From Spirochaetia bacterium (GTDB lineage Bacteria; Spirochaetota; Spirochaetia; CAKZLE01), in contig OY782041.1 of NCBI GenBank assembly GCA_963677595.1, positions 224,001 to 288,000 of the forward strand: DNA of 64,000 nt. Reading direction: 5' to 3'. Numbering within the stretch: the first letter of the stretch is position 1; each line of letters begins with the position of its first letter. The notes beneath the pieces were generated by a model, which saw only the letters and a list, made by a program, of their open reading frames with translations, ran no database searches and was not told the origin of the DNA. This document shows, in pieces, positions 47,879 through 57,186 of this stretch. The translations under genes were made by a program, and so were the position numbers.

Positions 47879-49363
47879 ATGTTTGGTAGAAGAACTCTCT
47901 CTTGCGGTATCATGATCCTGTGCTGTGTGGTCTTCCCGCTGTCCGGTCTCGAAGTCAGCGTGAACGGAAAGCCATACCAGTCCTTGCATGATACTGAACT
48001 CACAGAACTCATCTCACCCCTCCCCGCCGGGCTGGTCTCTTCGGAGTCCTCTTTGGGTATTGCTGTGTCACAGCTCATCCCCGTGATGTTCGAGGCATGG
48101 CGGATCACCATTGACGGGGTTGTTATATCGGACGACAGCCTGGCAGAACGGCTTGAGCACTCCTACCTCTTCCGGGATGCCGGGGTATGGTCCATTCAGC
48201 TCGATGACGGTCTTATATTCCAGAACACTGAGAGCTTATCGGTCGAGGGGGAAGAACTCCTCGATGATGAGCTAGAGATATGGGTCAGCTGGGAGGGCGA
48301 GGATGAGCTGAGAACCGAGATCTCAGCCTTCGCGGACCGCAATGGTATCGAGGTCACGGTGCTCCATATCCCGAACCCGGAATCCCGCCTGGTCTCCGTT
48401 CTCAGGGGTGGGGGGAACCCTCCCGACCTTATCATGTGCTCTCCCGGGAATCTCTACAGCCTCGTCGAGTCAGGGGCCCTGCAGCCCCTTCCTGCATACC
48501 TCTCGACGGGCCTGGGCCGACAGGGGCTTGACACCTTCTCCTACCAGGGAAAGCAATGGGCCCTTCCGTTCTACTATGACACTCAGCTTCTGATCTACAA
48601 CCCGGAACTCATAGACCTGCCGGGAGGATCGAGTCTCACCCTTTCCGACCTGGAGCGGGCAGTCGCTGCGCTTGTCGGGACTGTCCCGGTCCCCATGAGC
48701 TGGAATGCCTACTCCTCCTATTGGCTGATGCCCTTCCAGGCAAGCTTCGGGAAGGCGCGCCTCACCGAACCGGACGGGTCGATCATCCTTGACGATGCCC
48801 AGACTGAGGCAGCCCTCTCCTACATCGTGAAGCTCGCGCAGCAGGAATACTTCACGCCGCTCGAGCGTGATGCCATGATCTCGTTCTTCGCCTCAGGCCG
48901 TGCCGGGGTGATCTACTCGGCTTCCTACTCGATCCCCTACTTCCAGGAACTTAGGATCCCGTTCGCCGTAGCCCCGGCACTGGTCAATGACCGGACAGGC
49001 TTGCCTGTCTCCCCCATGCTCGATTACAAGGCGATCGGCCTCACCCGGCAGTCAAAGCACCCGGTCCTCGCATACCGGCTGCTCTCCTACCTCATGGGAA
49101 TCGAGGTCCAGACCCGTTTCAACCAGCAGCTCTTCAAGCTCCCGGCCAACACCTATGCACAGCAGCTGCTTGAGGAGAGCACTGCCTACTACCGGACCAT
49201 AACCGACCAGGCTTCCCACGGCCAGACAGTACCGTCGACGGCATCCTATGCAGCCTACAAGAACATCATGTGGAAGCTGCTGAGGTTCGCCCTCTCCGGG
49301 CAGCTGAGCCCTTCCGCAGTCCTGGAACAGGGAGAGCGATTACTGAAGGAGACACTGCCGTAG
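47879..49363 (+). CDS. Extracellular solute-binding protein (sugar-type) with an extra N-terminal domain
   Basis: Signal peptide; 'PPDLIM', 'QWALPFYYDTQLLIYNPELI', 'FFASGRAG'; about 120 extra residues before the SBP domain. Confidence 0.85.
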   Translation: MFGRRTLSCGIMILCCVVFPLSGLEVSVNGKPYQSLHDTELTELISPLPAGLVSSESSLGIAVSQLIPVMFEAWRITIDGVVISDDSLAERLEHSYLFRDAGVWSIQLDDGLIFQNTESLSVEGEELLDDELEIWVSWEGEDELRTEISAFADRNGIEVTVLHIPNPESRLVSVLRGGGNPPDLIMCSPGNLYSLVESGALQPLPAYLSTGLGRQGLDTFSYQGKQWALPFYYDTQLLIYNPELIDLPGGSSLTLSDLERAVAALVGTVPVPMSWNAYSSYWLMPFQASFGKARLTEPDGSIILDDAQTEAALSYIVKLAQQEYFTPLERDAMISFFASGRAGVIYSASYSIPYFQELRIPFAVAPALVNDRTGLPVSPMLDYKAIGLTRQSKHPVLAYRLLSYLMGIEVQTRFNQQLFKLPANTYAQQLLEESTAYYRTITDQASHGQTVPSTASYAAYKNIMWKLLRFALSGQLSPSAVLEQGERLLKETLP

Positions 49364-49408
49364 CAGTGTAATACCGAATATAAGAAAAAACTTTAACAGG
49401 AGTAACTG

Positions 49409-50791
49409 ATGAACAAGAGATTCTTAGGCGTTCTTTTACTGATGCTGGGCATCCTGCTGCTGGCAGGCTGCACCACCACCGAAAGCGGGACTTCCGTCGA
49501 GGTGACAGCAGAGACTGAAGTCGATGCAGTCGCCCATGCGACACCGGCAGGTGAAGGGTGGCATGTGACCCTCACAGGGGTCCGGACGGACGAGCTGTGG
49601 GAATCACAGGCAGCTGCAGATCCCAAATGGCTGGAGACTGTCCAGTTCGAGAAGAAGGGGGAGCTGAGGACCTATACGGCCCTCGCCTTCTCGGAAGTGA
49701 TCGCCATGATCGACGATGCGGACGGGTCCATGCCCTATAGCTTCCAGCAGGGGGCTTGGGATGCAGGTTATGACATCACCGTGACCGCCGCGGACGGGTT
49801 TGCCGCGACCTTCAACACGGCTGACTACCCGGCAGAAGGGATCTACCTCGCAGTGACTCAGGACGGGGAGAGCACCCTCCCCATGCTCGTCGGCGATATC
49901 CCGGGGCAGATCCAGGTCAAGGACATCGTCTCCATCGAGACCTCACTCGCACCGGTGGCGCTCGAGGAGAACCAGTTCGAGTTCATCCTCGAGATCGGGG
50001 ATAAGACAGCGACCTTCACCCTTGCCGAGCTCGAGGATCATCCCTACTTCATCGAAGGTCCCGGGGAGTACAAGAACACCTATGACAACGTCTTCACCCA
50101 CGTCTGGGGCGGGGTCAAGCTCGTGGACCTCATCAGCGACGTGTTCCCGCTCACGGCTGACCAGAGTGTGACCATCATCGCCACTGACGGCTACGAGATG
50201 GACTACAGCGGGTCACAGCTGCTTGACCAGGCAGACGGGACCTGGATCCTCGCATTCATCGAAGACGGGGAGTATATGCCGGAAGACCCGGGATACATCC
50301 GCCTGGTGAAGGTCGGCCCCGACACACCCCAGATCACCGGTCACATCTCTGCACGTATGGTGAAGAAGGTGCAGATCAAGGATGTCTCCTTCACTGACTT
50401 CACCCTCTCCATCGACAGCGCTGCAGGGACCGAGGAGCTCGACCGGCAGACGATCCAGAGCGGCGTGACTTCACAGAGAACGACCGTGAACTACTTCAAC
50501 AAGAAGAGCGGGGAGACTGTCAGCTACCTGGGTCTTCCCCTGTTCGAATTCCTTGCACACTATGACGGCTACGACACGGTCACCGTCGAAGCTTCGGACA
50601 GGTACTCGATCACCCTCGCTGCAGATGAGGTAGCCGGGAACAGCGATGTCATCCTGGCCATGTACTACGGTGACGGGAGTGAGCTCTCTGAGAATGAAGC
50701 CCCCCTCATCATCGTATGGGATGCCGAAGCTGACCTCGTGCCTGCCGGCATCAAGGCAGTCAGGAGCGTGACCCGCCTCATCCTGGACTGA
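49409..50791 (+). CDS. Lipoprotein with three molybdopterin-binding oxidoreductase-like repeats
   Basis: Lipobox LAGC; repeated motifs WGGVKL/YLGLPL, AxDG[YF], LA..DG, V[KR]xV; no Cys in the mature protein. Confidence 0.78.
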   Translation: MNKRFLGVLLLMLGILLLAGCTTTESGTSVEVTAETEVDAVAHATPAGEGWHVTLTGVRTDELWESQAAADPKWLETVQFEKKGELRTYTALAFSEVIAMIDDADGSMPYSFQQGAWDAGYDITVTAADGFAATFNTADYPAEGIYLAVTQDGESTLPMLVGDIPGQIQVKDIVSIETSLAPVALEENQFEFILEIGDKTATFTLAELEDHPYFIEGPGEYKNTYDNVFTHVWGGVKLVDLISDVFPLTADQSVTIIATDGYEMDYSGSQLLDQADGTWILAFIEDGEYMPEDPGYIRLVKVGPDTPQITGHISARMVKKVQIKDVSFTDFTLSIDSAAGTEELDRQTIQSGVTSQRTTVNYFNKKSGETVSYLGLPLFEFLAHYDGYDTVTVEASDRYSITLAADEVAGNSDVILAMYYGDGSELSENEAPLIIVWDAEADLVPAGIKAVRSVTRLILD

Positions 50792-50793
50792 CC

Positions 50794-52794
50794 ATGAGGA
50801 TACGACCATCGCTTCACACCAGGTGGCAGCTGCTGCTTCCGGCGGCGCTCATCGTCGCAGCTGCAGGAGTCGCCCCGTTCGCTGAAGCGGTGGTCACCTC
50901 ATTCTTCCACGACATCTACGGGCAGAGAAGCCCCGCAGGGTTCGACAACTACCGGTACCTCCTCTCAGACCGGGGCTTCTCCTACAGTCTCAGGATCAGT
51001 CTGGTCTGGGCACTAGGGAACACGGTCCTGGGGTTAGGAACTTCCCTCCTGCTGGCCTGGCGGATCTTCATGCGGGGAAGGAGGGGCAAGCTCCTCTACC
51101 TCTCCCTGGTCATCCCCTGGGCAGTCCCCGTCTATATCGCCGTCCCGGTCTGGAGGTCCTTCTTCCATGGGGACGGGGGCACCTCGCTCTTCTCCACGCT
51201 CACGGGGATCCATATAAACCTGCTCACCGACCCGATTGCGGCATTCTGCTCGACACTGTGGGTAAGCGTCTGGCTTTCGGTCCCCTTTACCGGGTTCGTC
51301 CTCCTGAGCAGCCTCAAGCGCATCCCCGGGAGCCTCAGGGAAGCCGCCATGATCGACGGGGCAGACAGCAGGCAGGTCCTGCAGTATGTCTACCTGCCGC
51401 AGATCAGGAATGCGATCGCCGTCATGTCGGTGCTGAACGTCATCAAGTTCCTGAAGGAGTTCAATGTCATCTTCCTCATGACCTCGGGCGGCCCGCCGCT
51501 GGTCTCGGGGATCACTGACCGGTTCATCATCGGGGCAACGACCACCCTCGATGTCCTGGTCTACGAGATCTTCCAGACCCGGGAGGATATAGGGATCTCA
51601 TCAGCCTATGCCGTGCTCCTCGCGGGGGTGGTCATCCTTATCATGCTCCTCTGGCTGCGGGCCCGGAAGGGGAACAGCTCACGGATCCTGCCGGCAGTGC
51701 TCACCGGTCTCGCGCAGGTACCCTTTTCCGGCATCCCGGGCATCATCCTTGCTGTTCTTTATCCGGTCAGCGGGATCGTTTCCAGGAAGGCCTTCAGGCT
51801 TACGCTCATCCTGCACGCGGGACTGACCTGCTTCATGGTCATCTCCAGGGGATTCCTGGAAGGCTTCTCCCCGGGGTTCCCCCTCGCCCTGCTGGTGTAC
51901 CTGATCATCTTCTCGAAAGACGGGGCAGCTTCCCGCCCGGTGAGGACCCCACAGGGCTTCTCACGGACTGCCACCAGACTGTTCACCCTGACCACGCTGG
52001 TCCTCTCCTGTCTGTTCATCATCGCGGCCCTGCTCATGGTGTTCATCGTCATCTGGCTGAGCTTCTCCGGCCTCGGCAGCAGCTACATAGACTCGCTCAT
52101 TCCCCCCTTCCCGACGGTTACCAACTATGTGAAGATCATCGTGGATGAGGGGATCCTCAGGCACTTCCTCAACACCCTGCTGCTCTCAGGCTCCACTGCC
52201 CTACTGCTTCCCCTCATCATCATGCCTGCTGCCTACTACCTGCTGCACCGGGGGAACAGGACCGCCTTCGGCGTCATGACCTTTCTCCAGATCCTCGGGC
52301 TCTATGGCGGTATGCACTCCCTCATCCCGCTCTACTCATTCTTCCGGCGGCTTCACTTGATCGACTCGTACATCCCGCTCGTCATGATCTACCTCAACCA
52401 CGCGATCCCCTCTGCCTTGTTCACGACGCTCGCCTATATGGAGAAGATCCCTGCTTCCTTCGAGGACCAGGCGCGCCTCGAGGGGGTAAGCGCGTTCCAG
52501 TACCTTCGGCTGATCCTCTTCCCGGTCAGTCTCCCGATCATCGGGGTGAACATGGTCCTGGCATTCATCGCAGCATGGAACGGGTTCATGGCTCCCCTGC
52601 TCTTCCTCAACACGGAGGGCAGCTTCCCCATCAGCGTCAAGCTCTTCTCCCTCGTGGGAAATCTCGCGTCAGGCTTCCCGAAGTGGAATCTCTTCGCCGC
52701 TGCATCGCTCATCAACTGCCTGATCCTCTCAGTGCTCCTCCACCGGGTACGTAAACCGATCAATGACAGCAGTCTGCAGTCCATCATGGAATGA
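50794..52794 (+). CDS. Fused double ABC permease (MalF-like + MalG-like)
   Basis: Two EAA loops 'LREAAMIDGA' and 'FEDQARLEG' in one 666-aa ORF. Confidence 0.88.
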   Translation: MRIRPSLHTRWQLLLPAALIVAAAGVAPFAEAVVTSFFHDIYGQRSPAGFDNYRYLLSDRGFSYSLRISLVWALGNTVLGLGTSLLLAWRIFMRGRRGKLLYLSLVIPWAVPVYIAVPVWRSFFHGDGGTSLFSTLTGIHINLLTDPIAAFCSTLWVSVWLSVPFTGFVLLSSLKRIPGSLREAAMIDGADSRQVLQYVYLPQIRNAIAVMSVLNVIKFLKEFNVIFLMTSGGPPLVSGITDRFIIGATTTLDVLVYEIFQTREDIGISSAYAVLLAGVVILIMLLWLRARKGNSSRILPAVLTGLAQVPFSGIPGIILAVLYPVSGIVSRKAFRLTLILHAGLTCFMVISRGFLEGFSPGFPLALLVYLIIFSKDGAASRPVRTPQGFSRTATRLFTLTTLVLSCLFIIAALLMVFIVIWLSFSGLGSSYIDSLIPPFPTVTNYVKIIVDEGILRHFLNTLLLSGSTALLLPLIIMPAAYYLLHRGNRTAFGVMTFLQILGLYGGMHSLIPLYSFFRRLHLIDSYIPLVMIYLNHAIPSALFTTLAYMEKIPASFEDQARLEGVSAFQYLRLILFPVSLPIIGVNMVLAFIAAWNGFMAPLLFLNTEGSFPISVKLFSLVGNLASGFPKWNLFAAASLINCLILSVLLHRVRKPINDSSLQSIME

Positions 52795-52797
52795 AAG

Positions 52798-53286
52798 TTA
52801 GAAATCAGCATCCTTCACGATCGTGATGAAGAGCCCGCTCTTCCTCTTCTCGACCTTCATCCTTTTGAGGTACTCCTTCCTCAAGTGCTCAGGCAGTCCC
52901 CCGGCCTGCCATGCATACTCCTCGGCTACCCGATGCTCCGCATCATCAGGGAATGCGGCTGCCACGGCCCTCAGGGCATAGAAGACCCCGAAGGCATGCT
53001 GGGGGACATGTGCAGTCCCGACCGCCTGTCCTGCGGCCCGTGCCGCATTGAAGGCAGCATCATGCCCCTTCACCTCCCGGGCAGCTGCATGGGCCCCAAG
53101 TGATGCCGCCCTGATCACCGCCATGCTGAACACGCCTGTTCGGACCCACTCCCTGCAGGCTCTCAAAGCCTCCCTAGGCCTGGTATCTGCCGGGAAGGAC
53201 TCCTCGAAGAACGGGAGCACCCGTTCTACGCAGTCAGCAGCCCATGAGGCGAGGATCTTCTTGTCTTCGAGACTGTATTTCTTCAT
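52798..53286 (-). CDS. Imm5-like (putative immunity) domain protein
   Basis: 'WAADCVERVLPFFE...DTRPREA', 'AHAAARE', 'AARAAGQAVGTAHV'. Confidence 0.75.
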   Translation of the reverse strand: MKKYSLEDKKILASWAADCVERVLPFFEESFPADTRPREALRACREWVRTGVFSMAVIRAASLGAHAAAREVKGHDAAFNAARAAGQAVGTAHVPQHAFGVFYALRAVAAAFPDDAEHRVAEEYAWQAGGLPEHLRKEYLKRMKVEKRKSGLFITIVKDADF

Positions 53287-53365
53287 GGAACTCTCCATCT
53301 ACAAAAGTACCAGTACTATACCGCACAAGTCCATCTCGCGGCAGCTTCTTTTCCGAAGAATCGAA

Positions 53366-53393
53366 TTTACACGTTCTTTACACACTGTTTACA
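53366..53393 (+). promoter_or_regulatory. Three TTTACA direct repeats at 11-bp period (OmpR/PhoB-type box)
   Basis: TTTACA at 53366, 53377 and 53388, upstream of the 4Fe-4S/FMN genes. Confidence 0.65.
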
Positions 53394-53456
53394 AAACCAT
53401 GATGACGTACAGCTCGGGAACCGTTATCTTTAGCTAAATACTAAGGTAATACAGGA

Positions 53457-54206
53457 ATGACTATGAGAAAGAAAGGAAGATTCTACCAGACACGATTCAC
53501 CTGGTACCAGGGACTGAGGCTGCTGTTCCAGCTGCTCTACCTCACAGCGACCGTGTTCGCCATAGTCGGCAAGGACTTCATCGTCGCGATTGCCCTTATG
53601 GCGATCGCCCTGATCGGCGGGGCATGGTTCTGCGGCTGGCTCTGCCCCTTCGGGATGGTGCAGGAATGGTTGGGGAGGCTCGGCAACCGGCTGTTCCGGT
53701 TCAAGCTCACGATCCCGCAGAAGGCGGAGAAGTACCTGAGGCTGCTTCGGTATCTCCTGCTGGCCGCCGGGACAGCAGGGCTGATGGCCCTGGGATTCCT
53801 CAGTGCCCCCTATAACACCTTCATCAGTTCGATCAGCGGCGTCGCCGCATCGATCACGGTGACTGCCTGGGTACTGCTAGGACTCTTCCTGGCAGCTTCC
53901 CTGGTCATAGACCGCCCGTTCTGCAGGTACTTCTGCACTGAAGGGGCACGATACGGGGTGCTTAGCCTGGGCAGGCTCTTCACCATACGCAGGAATGAAG
54001 AGAGCTGTGTCAGCTGCGGGATCTGTGACAGGGCCTGCCCGACACAGGTAGTGATATCGACGAAGAGGCAGGTACGGAATGCACAGTGTATCAACTGCAT
54101 GGAGTGCATCGCATCCTGCCCGAAACCGGGAACCCTCACCTACGGGTTCGCATTCACGAGAAAGAAGAAGGGACAAGGAGAAGATACAGATGAGAAAGAT
54201 GAGTAA
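53457..54206 (+). CDS. Membrane 4Fe-4S binding protein (NapH-like)
   Basis: 'FCGWLCPFG', 'RPFCRYFC', 'CVSCGICDRACP', 'CINCMECIASCP'. Confidence 0.9.
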   Translation: MTMRKKGRFYQTRFTWYQGLRLLFQLLYLTATVFAIVGKDFIVAIALMAIALIGGAWFCGWLCPFGMVQEWLGRLGNRLFRFKLTIPQKAEKYLRLLRYLLLAAGTAGLMALGFLSAPYNTFISSISGVAASITVTAWVLLGLFLAASLVIDRPFCRYFCTEGARYGVLSLGRLFTIRRNEESCVSCGICDRACPTQVVISTKRQVRNAQCINCMECIASCPKPGTLTYGFAFTRKKKGQGEDTDEKDE

Positions 54207-54600
54207 GGTTTCATTGGCAGTCACGATACTGCTTGTAGCGGGGATCACCATGCTGTTTAGCTCAGCACGGTTCTTCGGGCACGCATCATATGCGGAAGTG
54301 CTCGGGATCAATGTGACTGAACAGTCCTATACTGACGGTATCTACACTGGTACTGCCGACGGGTTCCGCCCCGGTATTGTGGTGGAAGTAGCGATCGAGG
54401 AGAGCTCGGTAGCATCGGTAACGGTTACCGAACACCACGAGATCGGCCCGATGTACTGGAGCAGGCCTGTATCACTGATCCCGGCAAGCGTGGTAGAGCA
54501 GCAGAGTACTGCAGTGGACACGATCTCAGGGGCAACAGCCACCAGCAAGGGAATCCTTGCCGCCGTGGAGGATGCCCTGGGCAAGGCCCAGGTGCAGTAG
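54190..54600 (+). CDS. FMN-binding domain protein (flavinylation substrate)
   Basis: N-terminal anchor, 'YTDGIYTGTADGF', 'VDTISGATATS'. Confidence 0.88.
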   Translation: MRKMSKVSLAVTILLVAGITMLFSSARFFGHASYAEVLGINVTEQSYTDGIYTGTADGFRPGIVVEVAIEESSVASVTVTEHHEIGPMYWSRPVSLIPASVVEQQSTAVDTISGATATSKGILAAVEDALGKAQVQ

Positions 54601-54615
54601 CACAGCAGGTGTGAC

Positions 54616-54645
54616 AGGGTCTCCCTTCAAGAGAAGGGAGACCCT
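54616..54645. terminator. Terminator hairpin between convergent genes
   Basis: AGGGTCTCCCTTC-AAGA-GAAGGGAGACCCT, 13-bp stem. Confidence 0.85.
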
Positions 54646-54653
54646 TATTCTTG

Positions 54654-55181
54654 TTACAGCAGCGCCTCGATATCGGAGGCGATGGTCTCGGGTGTGACCA
54701 TAGGCTCATACCGCCGGATCACCTTCCCTTCCCGGTCAACGAGGAACTTGGTGAAGTTCCACCGGACCTCGCCCTCGGCAAGACCGGCACCTACCTTCCG
54801 GAGGAACTCAGCCTTCTCGCCCTCTTCCTCGACAACATTGCCCAGGGACTCCTTCTTCAGGAGGGTGAAGAGCGGGGATGCATCCTCGCCGTTGACATTT
54901 ACTTTCGCGAAGGTCCTGAACGAGACGCCGTAGTTGAGCTGGCAGAACTCAAGGATCTCCTCATCCGTCCCCGGAGCCTCGTTGAACTGGTTGCTCGGGA
55001 AGCTGAGGATCTCGAACCCCTTGCCGGAGAACTGCTTGTAGATCTTCTCCAGCCCCTCGATCTGTGGTGTGAACCCGCAGATCGTGGCAGTGTTCACGAC
55101 CAGCAGGACCTTTCCCTGGTACTCACTCAGTGAGACATCTTCATGTTTCGAGGTTTTTACGGTTATATCATATAGTTTCAT
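54654..55181 (-). CDS. Glutathione peroxidase family protein (Cys type)
   Basis: 'VNTATICGFTPQ', 'FPSNQF', 'WNFTKFLVDREG'. Confidence 0.93.
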   Translation of the reverse strand: MKLYDITVKTSKHEDVSLSEYQGKVLLVVNTATICGFTPQIEGLEKIYKQFSGKGFEILSFPSNQFNEAPGTDEEILEFCQLNYGVSFRTFAKVNVNGEDASPLFTLLKKESLGNVVEEEGEKAEFLRKVGAGLAEGEVRWNFTKFLVDREGKVIRRYEPMVTPETIASDIEALL

Positions 55182-55238
55182 AATAATTCTCCCTTGTATG
55201 TAATATCATCATAGAGTAGAGATAAATCAACACAAAAC

Positions 55239-56267
55239 TTACGGGGCGGTGGAATCATTGGTGAACGAGGGCATGAACGGGTGGAAACCCCAGTCACCGT
55301 ACTTTTCCTCGTTTCCAGAGACTGACGGATCATCATAGTCAGGTCCCAAGTCGATGACGTCCAGGTCAGATGCCATGGTCGCCGACATCTTCGAGGCATC
55401 CGTCTCATACCAGAAATTCAGGGTATTCGTAATAATCGGGGTACAGCTGATCGTATATCCTGTGTGGAATGTGAAATCATCCCAGGAGGCGTTCAAGCCG
55501 CCGACATCATTGTATGTATCGATGACCGTCTCATGCGTGGCATCATCATAGTCTTCTTCAGCACCCCAGAATACGGAGTTATCAAACTGGTCGATGATGG
55601 ATTCCGGCCCTATCCCGGAAGCAGGATGTGTAGGACTGAACGATGCTGCATCATCTTCAGCCAGGATGAAGAAATCGGTATCTGCCCCAGGTTCGATGAC
55701 TCTCCGGAGCCAGTACCACCCGTCAGGATATGCCGCAACTGGGGTACCTGTTCCATCTTCAATCCCAGAAAGATAGATCGCGATATCGCGTCTCCAATAA
55801 TCATGATCAGGGTCAGGATTGAAGTAGAATCGTACCAATGTCTGGCTCTCATCCCCATCTGCTGAAAAGATCAGATTGTACCCAGTCTCATCGGCGCTGG
55901 AAGGAACATGAAAGGCAATCTCCAGTTCCATCTCGATATAGAGGGGGGTGATGATACACTCATCATAGGTCGCACCATCAGCTAATGCATCATACGGATT
56001 GTTCAGGATGTACGCAAGGGAACCGACACCGCTGGTGAGGGTCAGGTCTATGATCTCAGGATTCGTGCTGCTTGCATTGATGATCTGCCGGTCATGTAAG
56101 GAATCTGAAGTATCATTCAGTTCCATGTTTATCACTGCGATCTTGTATTCCGTGGGGGTGACATCCCGGCTGTCATCCGTCTTCCCGGAACCGAACAGGC
56201 AGCAGGATGCTGCCGTGAAGGTGATGATCACTGCCAGGATCAGCAGTACTGCAGGTTCTCGTTTCAT
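55239..56267 (-). CDS. Hypothetical acidic lipoprotein
   Basis: Lipoprotein-like signal ending 'AASC'; Asp-rich; more A/T-ending codons than neighbours. Confidence 0.7.
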   Translation of the reverse strand: MKREPAVLLILAVIITFTAASCCLFGSGKTDDSRDVTPTEYKIAVINMELNDTSDSLHDRQIINASSTNPEIIDLTLTSGVGSLAYILNNPYDALADGATYDECIITPLYIEMELEIAFHVPSSADETGYNLIFSADGDESQTLVRFYFNPDPDHDYWRRDIAIYLSGIEDGTGTPVAAYPDGWYWLRRVIEPGADTDFFILAEDDAASFSPTHPASGIGPESIIDQFDNSVFWGAEEDYDDATHETVIDTYNDVGGLNASWDDFTFHTGYTISCTPIITNTLNFWYETDASKMSATMASDLDVIDLGPDYDDPSVSGNEEKYGDWGFHPFMPSFTNDSTAP

Positions 56268-56368
56268 ACATATCCCCCATGGTATCAGGTTGATGTGCAG
56301 ACTTCGTGTGCAGGCTTTTATTACTGACAGTATACCATACCGGGAGCGTCACAGACATGGTTCACGGG

Positions 56369-57136
56369 TCAATTCTCTGTTTCGGTTGTGTACCAGGCTA
56401 TGGCATCAGAGATGAAGGCAGCCAACCCTGCAGCGATCTGCTCGTAATAGTCCGTGAACCGCAGGTCATGGACATACAGGGATCCAAGCCCCTTGAAGAC
56501 CTCCATGCTGCAGCTGTAGAAGCTGCGGTCTATGTAGGCATGGTAGCGCTTCACCTGTTCCTGGACTTCAGGATCAGACGGGAGGGCCCCAGCCTGCATG
56601 AGCCGGGCTATCTCCTGGTTTATCTTCCCGCCCTCTTCCAAGACCTGTTTCCAGTCATCCTTCGAGTACTTACCGGTTCGCTTCCTGCTCTCGGCGACCA
56701 GCTTGGGATCATACGTTCGGTCGACCTCTTCGTCATACTGTTTCTGGTCCTGCAGGATCTCATCAATATCGAGCCCGTTGAACCGGTCCTTGTCACTCAT
56801 AACAGCCTCCCCCCTCAATTCTGCCAATGTCCTGTCGATGGTACCGATCACTGAACCCAGGCGGTTCCGCTTCGCACTGATCAGCCTCCTCTGTTCCAGC
56901 AGGGAAGCTTCCAGGTCGAATCCCGGGGTATACAGGACTTCCCTGATCTGTCGCAGTGAGTACCCGAGCTCCTTGTAGAGCAGGACCTGCTGCAGGTACT
57001 TCAGTTCACGAGGGCCATAAGAGCGATATCCGTTGCTCTGTGTCTCGGCCGGCTTGAGCAGGCCTATCTCATCATAATACTGCAGCGTCCTCACCGAGAT
57101 GCCGGCAAGACCTGCGAGTTCACTGATCGTGTACAT
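56369..57136 (-). CDS. MerR-family regulator with TipAS effector domain
   Basis: 'YTISELAGLAGISVRTLQYYDEIGLL', 'NGYRSY', 'GLGSLYVHDLRFTDYYE...GLAAFISDAI'. Confidence 0.93.
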   Translation of the reverse strand: MYTISELAGLAGISVRTLQYYDEIGLLKPAETQSNGYRSYGPRELKYLQQVLLYKELGYSLRQIREVLYTPGFDLEASLLEQRRLISAKRNRLGSVIGTIDRTLAELRGEAVMSDKDRFNGLDIDEILQDQKQYDEEVDRTYDPKLVAESRKRTGKYSKDDWKQVLEEGGKINQEIARLMQAGALPSDPEVQEQVKRYHAYIDRSFYSCSMEVFKGLGSLYVHDLRFTDYYEQIAAGLAAFISDAIAWYTTETEN

Positions 57137-57155
57137 CGTTGACTCCTCTGTACCG

Positions 57156-57186
57156 ATACTACCGTATCACGGTACGTGAGGGTCAA
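57156..57186 (-). promoter_or_regulatory. MerR-type promoter with 19-bp spacer and dyad operator
   Basis: TTGACC-19 nt-TAGTAT; spacer contains TCACG-TAC-CGTGA. Confidence 0.88.

Noticed and set aside
55070-55090. Possible selenocysteine in the glutathione peroxidase
   Set aside because: The active-site codon is TGC (Cys), not TGA.
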